Assembly: GCA_964390915.1 (NCBI GenBank)
Contig: CAYMJL010000010.1
Coordinates: forward strand, 5,731-69,730
Length of the DNA: 64,000 bases
Reading direction: 5' to 3'
Source of the DNA: an uncultured Flavobacteriales bacterium
Lineage (GTDB): Bacteria > Bacteroidota > Bacteroidia > Flavobacteriales_D > Luteibaculaceae
In this document: positions 11,149 to 20,942 of the stretch, one piece after another
How the letters are laid out: every line of letters begins with the position of its first letter
Position numbering within the stretch: the first letter of the stretch is position 1
Program-made: the position numbers and the translations under genes
Notes under the pieces: generated by a model
Databases searched by the model: none
What the model saw: only the letters and a program-made list of their open reading frames with translations
Told to the model about the DNA's origin: nothing

Positions 11149-11245
11149 GCTTTTTTATAAGGAAGACAAATGTAGAATTTTTGTTGAATTTTCAATGTGC
11201 CGGTTTTATTTCAGATGTTTGCACTAATCTACTAATCGTTCAAGT

Positions 11246-12061
11246 ATGTCAGTTCACTCTCAAGTAAAACGAGTTACCACCCACACGCTTCAAGAGATGA
11301 AAAATCGGGGCCAAAAAATAGCTATGCTAACTGCCTATGATTTTTCAATGGCGGGAATTATTGACAAGGCTGGAATTGACATTATACTTGTTGGTGACTC
11401 TGCTTCGAACGTTATGGCTGGGCATGAAACAACCTTGCCGATTACGCTCGATCAGATGATTTATCACGCATCGTCTGTGGTAAGGGCAGTTGAACGTGCT
11501 TTGGTGGTTATCGATTTACCATTTGGTTCTTATCAAGGTAACTCAAAGGAAGCCTTGACCTCGGCCATTAGAATAATGAAGGAAAGTGGCGCTCACGCTG
11601 TAAAAATGGAGGGTGGCCACGAAATTGTGAAATCAATAAAAAGAATTCTTACCGCCGGTATCCCGGTGATGGGGCATTTGGGCTTAACGCCACAATCCAT
11701 CTATAAATTTGGCACCTACACTGTTCGGGCAAAAGAGGAAGAAGAGGCAGCACGGCTAATTGAGGATGCCAAACTCCTTGAGGATGCAGGTTGTTATGCC
11801 TTGGTATTAGAAAAAATTCCTGCCAAACTGGCCGAAACGGTTGCCAAAAGCATAAACATTCCGGTTATTGGTATTGGTGCCGGAAGCGGTGTTGATGGGC
11901 AGGTATTGGTAATGCACGACATGCTTGGAATTACGAACGAATTTAGTCCCAGATTTTTACGCCGATACGCTAATCTTTATGAGGAAATAAAAGGAGCAGT
12001 CGAACATTATATTTCAGATGTAAGAAAAGTCGACTTTCCAAATCAGAATGAGCAGTATTGA
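11246..12061 (+). CDS. panB: 3-methyl-2-oxobutanoate hydroxymethyltransferase
   Basis: 271 aa with [10 protein letters not shown] and [15 protein letters not shown], typical of PanB. Confidence 0.93.
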   Translation: MSVHSQVKRVTTHTLQEMKNRGQKIAMLTAYDFSMAGIIDKAGIDIILVGDSASNVMAGHETTLPITLDQMIYHASSVVRAVERALVVIDLPFGSYQGNSKEALTSAIRIMKESGAHAVKMEGGHEIVKSIKRILTAGIPVMGHLGLTPQSIYKFGTYTVRAKEEEEAARLIEDAKLLEDAGCYALVLEKIPAKLAETVAKSINIPVIGIGAGSGVDGQVLVMHDMLGITNEFSPRFLRRYANLYEEIKGAVEHYISDVRKVDFPNQNEQY

Positions 12062-12776
12062 CGTGGAAGACAGAATTCATTCAACACCAGAAAACCTCAG
12101 GGTTCTTTTCGAGGACAACCACATTATTATTGTAAATAAATATCCTGGCGATATCGTTCAGGGCGATAAAACAGGCGACACAACGTTGTCGGATGTGGTA
12201 AAGGCCTATTTAAAAAAGAAATACAATAAACCGGGTGATGCGTTTTTAGGAACAGTTCATCGCTTGGATAGACCGGTTAGCGGATTGGTGGTTTTTGCCA
12301 AGACCAGCAAGGCGCTTACGCGACTGAATGAATTGTTCAAGAACAAAGACCTTAATAAAACATATTGGGCAATTGTGGAAGCAGCACCGACAAAACCAAG
12401 CGACCACTTGCAACATTTCCTAATTAAGGACGAGGCAAGAAATAAGTCGAAAGCCTACTTGTCTGAAAAACCTGGAACTAAGAAAGCCTTGCTGAATTAC
12501 ACCACTGTTGGGAAAGGCGATAAATATGTTTTCCTTGAGGTTCGCCTTGAAACGGGTAGGCATCACCAAATCAGGGTGCAATTGAGTACCATTGGGTGTA
12601 TTATTAAAGGTGATTTGAAATACGGTGCCAAGCGTTCCAATCCGGACGGTTCAATTTGTCTTCACTCCAGAAGCTTAAGTTTTATACACCCAGTAACTAA
12701 GGAGGCCATACTAGTAACCGCACCTGTACCCAATGAAAAAATCTGGAAAGATTTTGAAACTTTATCAAAAGCATAG
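12048..12776 (+). CDS. RluA-family pseudouridine synthase
   Basis: 242 aa with catalytic motif [16 protein letters not shown]. Overlaps the end of panB by 14 nt. Confidence 0.88.
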   Translation: MSSIDVEDRIHSTPENLRVLFEDNHIIIVNKYPGDIVQGDKTGDTTLSDVVKAYLKKKYNKPGDAFLGTVHRLDRPVSGLVVFAKTSKALTRLNELFKNKDLNKTYWAIVEAAPTKPSDHLQHFLIKDEARNKSKAYLSEKPGTKKALLNYTTVGKGDKYVFLEVRLETGRHHQIRVQLSTIGCIIKGDLKYGAKRSNPDGSICLHSRSLSFIHPVTKEAILVTAPVPNEKIWKDFETLSKA

Positions 12777-13110
12777 TATAAAAGGGTCAACCTTTCGACC
12801 TGAATTTTAACACCACCGATTTAATAGGTTCATCATCAGGAAAGCAATTGTTTTTGTTGCTTTCGAGCCTATATACCCGCAGACATAAGTTATTTATCAA
12901 TTGGGAGGGCTCATGATTGGGTGGCTTTCCGTTGAAATTGTAAGATTCCAAGACCAACCGATAATTTGTTCCGATGAAAAAACAGTCTTGAAACGGTTGT
13001 TCTGACTGACTTGCAGTCATTTTTGTGTAAAAAGGTGGCAACCTGTTTGGGGTTTGAACGTTTAACTTTTAAGAAAAGAAGTTTACTTTTAATCTATCCA
13101 AATAAACCCT

Positions 13111-13419
13111 ATGCGCCAAGGAAGTACGTTACAACAAGAATTATTAGAAAAGGCACACTCCCTGAGTAAAGAGCAATCCTTCGTTCGGCTTAGATATTAT
13201 GTGCATGCTGATGTTTTAATTACAACCTATGTTTTAATTCGTGATATTATTTCTACCGATGGAAATCATGAGCTTGTTTTGGCAAACGGCACCTTGGTTC
13301 CACTAGAAAAGGTTTCTGAAATTCGGGAACTGGAAACAAACGAAAGAATTGAGACAAAATCGACCGTTGATGAGGCAGAAATTTTTAAATTTCAGCTTCA
13401 AAATTGGTCAGTGGCATGA
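13111..13419 (+). CDS. hypothetical small protein (possibly Rof-like)
   Basis: 102-aa ORF whose end overlaps the next gene by 16 nt. The weak resemblance to Rho-binding antiterminator Rof is from memory only. Confidence 0.45.
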   Translation: MRQGSTLQQELLEKAHSLSKEQSFVRLRYYVHADVLITTYVLIRDIISTDGNHELVLANGTLVPLEKVSEIRELETNERIETKSTVDEAEIFKFQLQNWSVA

Positions 13420-13898
13420 AAAAAGCACAAGAATGGTTCGATGAATATGCGGTTAGTCACCAAAACCCAACCAACAAATTCATTCATTGGATTTGTGTTC
13501 CCACCATTTTTTTTAGCGTTGTTGGCCTTTTAAGTGTTATTCCCAGTTCAGGAATTCAAGAATATTTTAGCGAAAACCTTCGACCCTATATTCATTTCGG
13601 TACTTTGTTAATTCTGATCGGTTCTCTTTTTTACCTGAGCATGTCATTTCCAATTTTTATTGGAATGTTAATAGTTTCTTTATTAGTGCTGTGGGGGAAT
13701 TCCGCGTTAGGTCAGTTAAACTTTGCTCCGCTTTGGGCAATTTGCCTAACTCTTTTTGTTGTAGCCTGGATTGGCCAATTTATCGGCCATGGCATCGAAG
13801 GAAAAAAACCTTCGTTTTTAAAAGACTTGTTGTTTCTACTCGTTGGGCCAGCTTGGTTACTCGGTTTTGTTTACAAGCGCCTTGGGATAAAATATTAA
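13404..13898 (+). CDS. DUF962 / Mpo1-like membrane protein
   Basis: 164 aa with N-terminal YAVSHQNPTNKFIHWICVP followed by 4 hydrophobic helices. Confidence 0.75.
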   Translation: MVSGMKKAQEWFDEYAVSHQNPTNKFIHWICVPTIFFSVVGLLSVIPSSGIQEYFSENLRPYIHFGTLLILIGSLFYLSMSFPIFIGMLIVSLLVLWGNSALGQLNFAPLWAICLTLFVVAWIGQFIGHGIEGKKPSFLKDLLFLLVGPAWLLGFVYKRLGIKY

Positions 13899-16363
13899 CA
13901 CGGGTCAACATCAATTACCACTCTTACCGGCCGATGCTTAGCTTCGGAATGGAAAAGGGTAATTATTTCTAATAGTCGAGACTTTATTTTTTGATGGCTC
14001 ATTTCGCGAGGAAATTTGAGCAAGATTCCCATGTTATATTGATTGCGAATTCGTTCAATGGATGGGAATTCGGGTCCTAATACCATTTCACCAAAACTTG
14101 CTTTTAGTTGACCGGCCAGCCAATTGGCAGCATATTCGGTCATTGACTTGTCAATATGGCGAATGGTGATGTTAATCAGGCGGTAAAAAGGAGGGTAACA
14201 GTATTGTTTTCGTTCGCTAATTTCGCTTTCATACAATCCTTTGTAATCGTTTGCCATCACCTTAAGGATAACCCAATGCTCTGGCTGACTACTTTGAATA
14301 ATAACCTTACCTCTTTTTTTATCGCGGCCAGCCCGACCGGCCACCTGGGCCATAAGTTGATACGCGCGTTCGTAGGCCCTAAAATCGGGGAAGTAGAGCA
14401 TTTGGTTGGCATCCATTATACCTACAAGGGCTACATTTTTAAAATCTAAGCCCTTGGTAACCATTTGTGTACCTACCAAAACGTCAATTTGTCCCTCTTC
14501 AAAATCATGAATGATTTGGCTGTAGGCATTTTTAGAGCGGGTGGTATCGTAGTCCATCCTGAAAATGCGTTTTTCGGGAAACAATCCAGCCAAATCATCT
14601 TCAATTTTCTCAGTGCCAAACCCAACCATTTTTAAAGCACTGCTTCCACAAGCTCCACATTTCTTTGGCGGTGGTTCATGATGCCCGCAGTAATGGCAGG
14701 TAAGCAAGTGTTTCGATTTGTGGTAGGTTAAACTGATGTCGCACTGCACACACATCGGGGTCCAGGTGCAGGTTTCGCATTGCCAGCGGGGTGAGTAGCC
14801 CCTACGGTTTTGAAAAAGAATAACCTGCTCGTTATTTTTAAAAGCTTCTTCTATATTGCTTATTAGCAGCGAACTAAAATTTGCCCGCATGCTTTTTTGT
14901 TGGGTTTCTTTTTTAATGTCGGCGGCTTGAATTTCGGGCAACATCACATCACCGTAGCGGTTAAATAGTTCAACCAGCCCAAATTTCCCCTGTTGGCACT
15001 GCCAGTAGGTTTCAATGGCCGGGGTTGCCGAACCCAGCAATAATTTGCAGCGGTGATAATTTGCCAATACCATGGCCACATCGCGGGCATGATAGCGAGG
15101 GGCGGGGTCGTATTGTTTAAAAGAGTTTTCGTGTTCTTCGTCAACCACAATGAGCCCAAGGTTGGAGAAGGGGAGAAACACGGTAGAACGCGCACCAATA
15201 ATGACTTGATAACGCTCGTTGTTCAACAGTTTATACCAAACTTCGGCACGCTCTTGTGGATTAAAGCGCGAGTGATAAACTCCAACGGTATCACCAAACC
15301 TGCGTTGTAGGCGGGTAATTAATTGGGTAGTGAGCGCAATTTCGGGCAACAGGTAAAGTACCTGTTTGCCTTGCTTTATGCACTCGTCAATCAATTGGCA
15401 ATAAACTTCAGTTTTTCCAGACGAGGTAACCCCGTGCAATAAAACCACATCTAGGTTTTCGAAATGCGTTTTAATGCTGTTAAGTGCTGTATCCTGAGCA
15501 GGGGATAAGGTTTTAAGTTGCTCGGTTACAGCTTTAGCGGTGGGAAGGCGATTAATTTCGAATGCCTGCGAAAAAAGGATATTCTTTTTTACCAACTGGC
15601 TGATAATTGAACCGGTGCTGGATGATTTCTTAATTAACTCGTTCTTTTTTAACCAGTTGAAATTTTCTATTCGCCCATCAAAAACCTGTAGATAGGCCAT
15701 TAAAACGTCCAATTGTTTAGGCGCTTTTGTCAGCGTGTTTAGCAAGTCACGCAGTGAATCATCGGTTTCGAAGGCTGCATTTAGGCGAATGTATTCCTCA
15801 GTTTTTGGCCTGTATTTTTCCTTAACCTCTTCTTCTACGGCCACCACACCTTTGTCGAGCAAGGCTTTTACAATGGGGTAAACCGTTTTAAGGCTAATTA
15901 TTTCAGCAATTTCAGCAAGACTTAAAACCTGCCTTAATTCTAAGGCATCATAAACCTGTAGTTCTTTGCTGGTAAGGTGTTCGCGTTTTTCAAAGACATT
16001 TTCGCGCAATAATACTTTGGTTTCGCTGGCCAATTTTAAACTGGCTGGCAACGCAGCGGTCATTACTTCACCAAGCGTACAGCAATAGTAGCTGGCAATC
16101 CATTCCCAGAGTTTAAGTTGGTAAGCATTTACAATAGGTTGTTCGTCCAGAATGGTTTCGAGGTACTTCGCTTCGTACTTGGCAGGGGCGGTTTCATGAA
16201 TTTTATAAACAATGCCCGTGTATAATTTTGTTTTGCCAAGCTGCACAATGACCCTTTGCCCACACTTAATATACGTGTTCAACTCGTGTGGAACCCTGTA
16301 TGTATAAGTGTTTGGTATTGCCAGTGGCAATATTATATCGGCAAAAAAAGTAACTCTTGGCAT
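13895..16363 (-). CDS. priA: primosomal protein N' (replication restart helicase PriA)
   Basis: 822 aa with Walker A GVTSSGKTEVY, a DEEH box, and a Cys-rich zinc-binding insert (CETC...CVQC...CHYCG...CGACG). Confidence 0.93.
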   Translation of the reverse strand: MPRVTFFADIILPLAIPNTYTYRVPHELNTYIKCGQRVIVQLGKTKLYTGIVYKIHETAPAKYEAKYLETILDEQPIVNAYQLKLWEWIASYYCCTLGEVMTAALPASLKLASETKVLLRENVFEKREHLTSKELQVYDALELRQVLSLAEIAEIISLKTVYPIVKALLDKGVVAVEEEVKEKYRPKTEEYIRLNAAFETDDSLRDLLNTLTKAPKQLDVLMAYLQVFDGRIENFNWLKKNELIKKSSSTGSIISQLVKKNILFSQAFEINRLPTAKAVTEQLKTLSPAQDTALNSIKTHFENLDVVLLHGVTSSGKTEVYCQLIDECIKQGKQVLYLLPEIALTTQLITRLQRRFGDTVGVYHSRFNPQERAEVWYKLLNNERYQVIIGARSTVFLPFSNLGLIVVDEEHENSFKQYDPAPRYHARDVAMVLANYHRCKLLLGSATPAIETYWQCQQGKFGLVELFNRYGDVMLPEIQAADIKKETQQKSMRANFSSLLISNIEEAFKNNEQVILFQNRRGYSPRWQCETCTWTPMCVQCDISLTYHKSKHLLTCHYCGHHEPPPKKCGACGSSALKMVGFGTEKIEDDLAGLFPEKRIFRMDYDTTRSKNAYSQIIHDFEEGQIDVLVGTQMVTKGLDFKNVALVGIMDANQMLYFPDFRAYERAYQLMAQVAGRAGRDKKRGKVIIQSSQPEHWVILKVMANDYKGLYESEISERKQYCYPPFYRLINITIRHIDKSMTEYAANWLAGQLKASFGEMVLGPEFPSIERIRNQYNMGILLKFPREMSHQKIKSRLLEIITLFHSEAKHRPVRVVIDVDPC

Positions 16364-16450
16364 AGAAAGTCCGAAAATAGTGAACTTGTGTCAAATCATT
16401 GAAACAATCGGTTTTTTTAAGAAATTCGGCCGAAATTTAAAGTTTAAGTC

Positions 16451-17602
16451 TTGGAGCAACTGCCGAATCAATATTCACCACCAGCCAGCGGGAAACGCTA
16501 TTTTATTGTTGCGGGTGAAGCCAGTGGCGATTTGCACGCTGCCAACATGATTAAGGAACTACGGTTGCTTGACCCCAACGCCCAATTTGAAGGTTTTGGT
16601 GGCGATTTAATGGAAAGTGCCGGGGTGAAGCTCCGTAAACATTACCGCGAATTAGATTTCATGGGGTTTATAGAGGTTATTGCCAACCTTAGAACCATAT
16701 TTAAAAATCTTGATTTTTGCAAAAAGTGCATCGATGAATTTAAGCCTGATGTGCTTATCCTTATTGATTATCCGGGCTTTAATCTGCGCATTGCCCCGTA
16801 TGCCAAGGAAAAAGGAATTAAGGTAGCATATTATATTTCACCGCAAATCTGGGCATGGAAACAGGATAGAGTGCATAAAATAAAAGCCTGTGTCGATAAA
16901 ATGTTGGTGATTCTGCCGTTCGAAAAAGAGTTTTACGGACGTTTTGGTATGGCGGTAGAATTTGTGGGTCACCCATTACTGGACGCCATAAACCAATTTT
17001 CGACTGATTTTAACGACGTTAGCCAATTTCGCCAACGTTATCAATTAACCGATAAGCCCATCATTGCGCTTTTGCCTGGAAGCAGAAAGCAAGAAATTAA
17101 AGCCAAGTTGCCGGTAATGCTTAAAATGGCGACTCATTTTCCCGAATATCAGTTTGTGGTAGCCAAGGCCAAATCGCAACCAATGGCCTTTTTCAATGAA
17201 TTGATTGGGGATGCCAAGGTGGCTGTTGTTGAAAATGCAACTTACGAGGTACTGCGCTATTCAACCGCTGCCTGTGTTACGTCGGGAACTGCGACTTTAG
17301 AAACTGCACTTTTCAATGTTCCCGAAGTGGTTTGTTATAAGGGAAGCAAGATTTCCTATTACATCGCCCGGCAATTAATTAAAGTAAAATTTATCTCGCT
17401 GGTAAATTTAATCATGGATGAGGAAGTGGTGAAGGAACTGATTCAGGACGAAATGAATGAAAAAAACCTGAAGAATGAACTGGCCAAAATTCTTGCTAGT
17501 GAAAACCAATCTCGGTTGTTAAGTCAATATGCCGCACTGAAAGAAAAACTCGGAGGCCTTGGTGCTTCCCGCAGGGCTGCTCAAGTTATTGCCAGTGTTT
17601 AA
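16451..17602 (+). CDS. lpxB: lipid-A-disaccharide synthase
   Basis: 383 aa with N-terminal AGEASGDLHAANMI and a GT19 layout. There is no in-frame ATG upstream of that motif, so a TTG start at 16451 is assumed. Confidence 0.88.
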   Translation: MEQLPNQYSPPASGKRYFIVAGEASGDLHAANMIKELRLLDPNAQFEGFGGDLMESAGVKLRKHYRELDFMGFIEVIANLRTIFKNLDFCKKCIDEFKPDVLILIDYPGFNLRIAPYAKEKGIKVAYYISPQIWAWKQDRVHKIKACVDKMLVILPFEKEFYGRFGMAVEFVGHPLLDAINQFSTDFNDVSQFRQRYQLTDKPIIALLPGSRKQEIKAKLPVMLKMATHFPEYQFVVAKAKSQPMAFFNELIGDAKVAVVENATYEVLRYSTAACVTSGTATLETALFNVPEVVCYKGSKISYYIARQLIKVKFISLVNLIMDEEVVKELIQDEMNEKNLKNELAKILASENQSRLLSQYAALKEKLGGLGASRRAAQVIASV

Positions 17603-18788
17603 TCGACTTTACATAACTTATGGCTTGCTGCTGCTTAATTTGCTGGCAGTTATTCCAACATCCTTAATTCGGGCACAGGAAATTAAGGTTGGGATTCTTA
17701 GTAATACCAAACCCAGTCAGTTAATCATTTCGGTGGCTAGTGGCGCCTATGCGATGAGGGTTCAAGATAAGGACACCCTAACCCTTAAAGTAGGTGAGTC
17801 GTTGTACATTTTAGCCGCCGAAGGCAATTTAAACACCCGTTGCAATTCGCTGGAATTGTTTGGCGACAGCTTGGTTTCATTAATTCCAGCGGTACCTGGC
17901 GCGGTTTTAAAAGTACAGGCAAGGGGAACAACAACTGTTGAGTATTGGTACGAGGGAAGCGTGGCCGTTCGTCCAAAAGGCGACTTTCTGCAATTGTTAA
18001 ACTTGGTAGATCTAGAAAGCTATATTGGTGGGGTGGTTGAAGCCGAAACCGGCGGGCAACAAACCAAAGAGTTTTATAAGGTTCAGGCCTGCATTACCAG
18101 AACCTTTGCGTTGGCCAACCTGAAAAAACATCTGCTTGAGGGCTTTAATGTTTGCGATCAGGTTCATTGTCAGGTTTACCGTGGTAGGCCACGTAGTAAT
18201 GCGGCAATTCCGCAAGCCGTGGCCGAAACCGATGGGGTGGTTATTGTAGACCGAAACTTACAATTGGTTGATGCTGTTTTTCATGCCAATTGTGGCGGAC
18301 AAACGCATAATTCGGAAGATTACTGGGTAGACACCGTGTCGTATCTGCGGTCGGTGAAAGACCCCTATTGTCATGAAGGGTTGCAATATACCTGGCAGCA
18401 AACGTTGCCTAAAGACAAGTGGTTGAGGTATTTATACGGTAATTATAACTTTCCCATTGACTCGGTAGACCAAGCTGCCGCGGCATGTAATTTTATACCA
18501 ACTGAGCGAGCTGAATTTTTTCTGGATAAATCTTATCGAATGGGTTTAAGGCGCATTCGCTCCGACTGGAATTTTCGCTCCACCTTTTTTGAAACACAAG
18601 AGCAGGGCGATAATGTGCTGATAAAAGGCCGTGGATTTGGCCATGGGGTTGGTTTGTGCCAGGAAGGGGCAATGAAAATGGCCAAGTTGAACATTAGTTA
18701 TTCCGACATTCTTCATTTCTATTTTAAAGACGTATTTGTCATTCCAAAAAAACAGCTGCTGTACCTAAGGACCTTTTTGGTAAATTAG
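17595..18788 (+). CDS. SpoIID/LytB domain protein
   Basis: The HANCGGQT motif and overall layout fit SpoIID. The start is uncertain. GTG at 17595 gives a clean signal peptide (MFNRLYITYGLLLLNLLAV), while the ORF track starts at TTG 17559. Confidence 0.8.
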   Translation: MFNRLYITYGLLLLNLLAVIPTSLIRAQEIKVGILSNTKPSQLIISVASGAYAMRVQDKDTLTLKVGESLYILAAEGNLNTRCNSLELFGDSLVSLIPAVPGAVLKVQARGTTTVEYWYEGSVAVRPKGDFLQLLNLVDLESYIGGVVEAETGGQQTKEFYKVQACITRTFALANLKKHLLEGFNVCDQVHCQVYRGRPRSNAAIPQAVAETDGVVIVDRNLQLVDAVFHANCGGQTHNSEDYWVDTVSYLRSVKDPYCHEGLQYTWQQTLPKDKWLRYLYGNYNFPIDSVDQAAAACNFIPTERAEFFLDKSYRMGLRRIRSDWNFRSTFFETQEQGDNVLIKGRGFGHGVGLCQEGAMKMAKLNISYSDILHFYFKDVFVIPKKQLLYLRTFLVN

Positions 18789-18794
18789 GCCTAC

Positions 18795-20867
18795 ATGTTA
18801 ACCCTCAGAAAAACCCCACTTGTTCGCGTAGTTGTTCCCTTTATTTGTGGTCTTTTACTGCAAATTATTGGTGGTTTCCCAGTTCTGCTTTATGTTACGC
18901 TAATAGGGATAGGGTTTGTGGCGACCAGTCTTTTGTTTGTGTTCAGCCAGTTTATACAGCACCGTTTCCGCTATTTTTCAGGACTAAGTATGGCTATCCT
19001 TTTTGCCGGATTAGGTGCCTTGTTTGTTTGGTTGCTAAAAATGGATGAACAGCGGGTAACAAGCCTCGCACAGCAAAAAAGTCAGGTACATTGTGTTCGA
19101 GTTACTGCTCCTCCAATTTCCAAAAAGAAGTCTTATCAGCTGGAGGTGAAATTGATTGAAAATCAGTTGAATAAAGGGGTAGAACTTAAAGCTTTGCTTT
19201 ATTTACCCAAGTCCGACTCGCTTAAAATTGAATCGCTTCGAATAGGCGATTTGGTGTATGTAAAAGCCAGATTTCAACTGCCAGAAACACCAAAGAACCC
19301 GCTGCAATTTAATTATCGCCGGTATTTAATGTTTCAGCGCGTTTATCTTCAGGCCTATGTTTCACCACCAAATCTTTTAAGAATTGAATCGCAACATCAG
19401 TTCTCGTTGGTGCAGCAGGCTTTCGAATTAAGAACCAGTTTGGTCAACAAGATGAAAGCTGCCGGATTAAGTGGCAACGAGTTGGCCATTGCCGGAGCTT
19501 TAATAATAGGCGAGGAGCGCGATTTAACTCCTGCACTGAAATCGGCTTACTCGGCATCAGGCGCCATGCACGTTTTGTCGGTAAGTGGTTTGCATATTGG
19601 CATTGTCTTTTTATTACTGAAGTTGTTGTTTACTCCGTTGCTAAAACGAGCTAGGCTGCGCAAATGGATAGTATTGTTAATGATTGCGGTGTTGTGGGGT
19701 TATAGTTTTGTAACCGGCTTGTCGCCCAGTGTGCAAAGAGCCGCCATGATGTTTTCGTTTATTGCTTTGGGTGATGTGCTGAATCGTCGGGGAAACATTT
19801 ATAACATGCTGGCTGCATCCGCACTTTTTCTTTTATTGATAGAGCCTTATTTAATTATGGACGTTGGGTTTCAGTTGTCATACCTGGCTTTATTGGGCAT
19901 TTTAATTATTCACCCTTTGGTTTTTAAACTCATTTTTGTCAAAAATAAAGGGCTGAGAAAGGTTTGGGAAATCACCAGCGTTTCATTGGCTGCGCAACTT
20001 ACCACGGGATTTTTAAGTGTTTATTATTTTCATCAATTCCCAAGTTTTTTCCTGTTGTCCAATTTGGTGGTTATACCTGTGTCATTTGTTATTCTGGTAT
20101 TGGGTTTTGTATTTATTCTTACCTGCTGGATACCTGGTGTTGCAGCATTTGTTGGGTTTGCATTGAAGTTTACCGTGTGGGGTCTCAATGAATCGCTGTT
20201 CTGGTTGGAAAAACAGCCCGGAGCTACTTGGGACAATTTATTTCTTTCGGCGGTAAACACTTGGTTTTGTTACGTTTTTCTCGGGATAATGCTCCTGATA
20301 ATAGTACTTCGGCACAAGTTAAGTCTTTGGATGCTGGGCGGTTTTACCGGTTTATGGTTGTTGGTTTCTGGTTATCAACAAATCATAGCCGTCGAATCTC
20401 CGCTAACCATCTATTCCGTTCCTAATGCCTTGGTGGTGGGGGTGCAGCATGAATCGGGTAGCCGCTTAATTTGCGAACCCAAACAGCCGGCACAACTCGA
20501 TTTTTTTCTGGGCAACGAGTTGGCCAGGTTAGGAATTCGAAATAGTTTGTCGCCAACAACTAACCATGAGCTTTTAGGTATTTTAATACTTCCAGACAGC
20601 AACTTAATCTTGATTGGTGAAAAGGAAAAAGTGCTGGTGGTTCGTAAACCACCTGTACCCGAAATTTATCCTAACATAAAGTTTTCGTACCTCTTGCTCG
20701 AAAACAGCTTGTTTAATTGGAGCCATTTGTTGCAAATTCGCTTTAATCAATTAATAGTGGGCAACACCATTCCATTGAAAAACCGGCGGAAATTGTTGCG
20801 GTTTTGCCAACGAAAAAAATTGCCAACTACGGAATTAGCAACCCGAGGATATGTTCAGGTTTGGTAG
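18795..20867 (+). CDS. ComEC/Rec2-family competence membrane protein
   Basis: 690 aa, polytopic, with the competence-domain motif GAMHVLSVSGLHIG. No C-terminal metallo-beta-lactamase domain is evident. Confidence 0.85.
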   Translation: MLTLRKTPLVRVVVPFICGLLLQIIGGFPVLLYVTLIGIGFVATSLLFVFSQFIQHRFRYFSGLSMAILFAGLGALFVWLLKMDEQRVTSLAQQKSQVHCVRVTAPPISKKKSYQLEVKLIENQLNKGVELKALLYLPKSDSLKIESLRIGDLVYVKARFQLPETPKNPLQFNYRRYLMFQRVYLQAYVSPPNLLRIESQHQFSLVQQAFELRTSLVNKMKAAGLSGNELAIAGALIIGEERDLTPALKSAYSASGAMHVLSVSGLHIGIVFLLLKLLFTPLLKRARLRKWIVLLMIAVLWGYSFVTGLSPSVQRAAMMFSFIALGDVLNRRGNIYNMLAASALFLLLIEPYLIMDVGFQLSYLALLGILIIHPLVFKLIFVKNKGLRKVWEITSVSLAAQLTTGFLSVYYFHQFPSFFLLSNLVVIPVSFVILVLGFVFILTCWIPGVAAFVGFALKFTVWGLNESLFWLEKQPGATWDNLFLSAVNTWFCYVFLGIMLLIIVLRHKLSLWMLGGFTGLWLLVSGYQQIIAVESPLTIYSVPNALVVGVQHESGSRLICEPKQPAQLDFFLGNELARLGIRNSLSPTTNHELLGILILPDSNLILIGEKEKVLVVRKPPVPEIYPNIKFSYLLLENSLFNWSHLLQIRFNQLIVGNTIPLKNRRKLLRFCQRKKLPTTELATRGYVQVW

Positions 20868-20942
20868 GTTTTTACACTCATTTTTCAATCTTTAACAGCT
20901 TCAATAGCGGTGGACATAAGCCGTTAAACTAAATTCGACCCC

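Noticed and set aside
12787-13041. 84-aa minus-strand ORF (77 aa from the ATG at 13020) in the 334-bp gap after the rluA-family gene.
   Set aside because: I recognise no motif, signal or family. It could be a real small gene, but I cannot support it from sequence alone and have left it unannotated.
13895-13898. Convergent stop codons of the DUF962 gene and priA sharing a TTAA tetranucleotide.
   Set aside because: This is real but a common consequence of compact genomes and is not biologically notable by itself.
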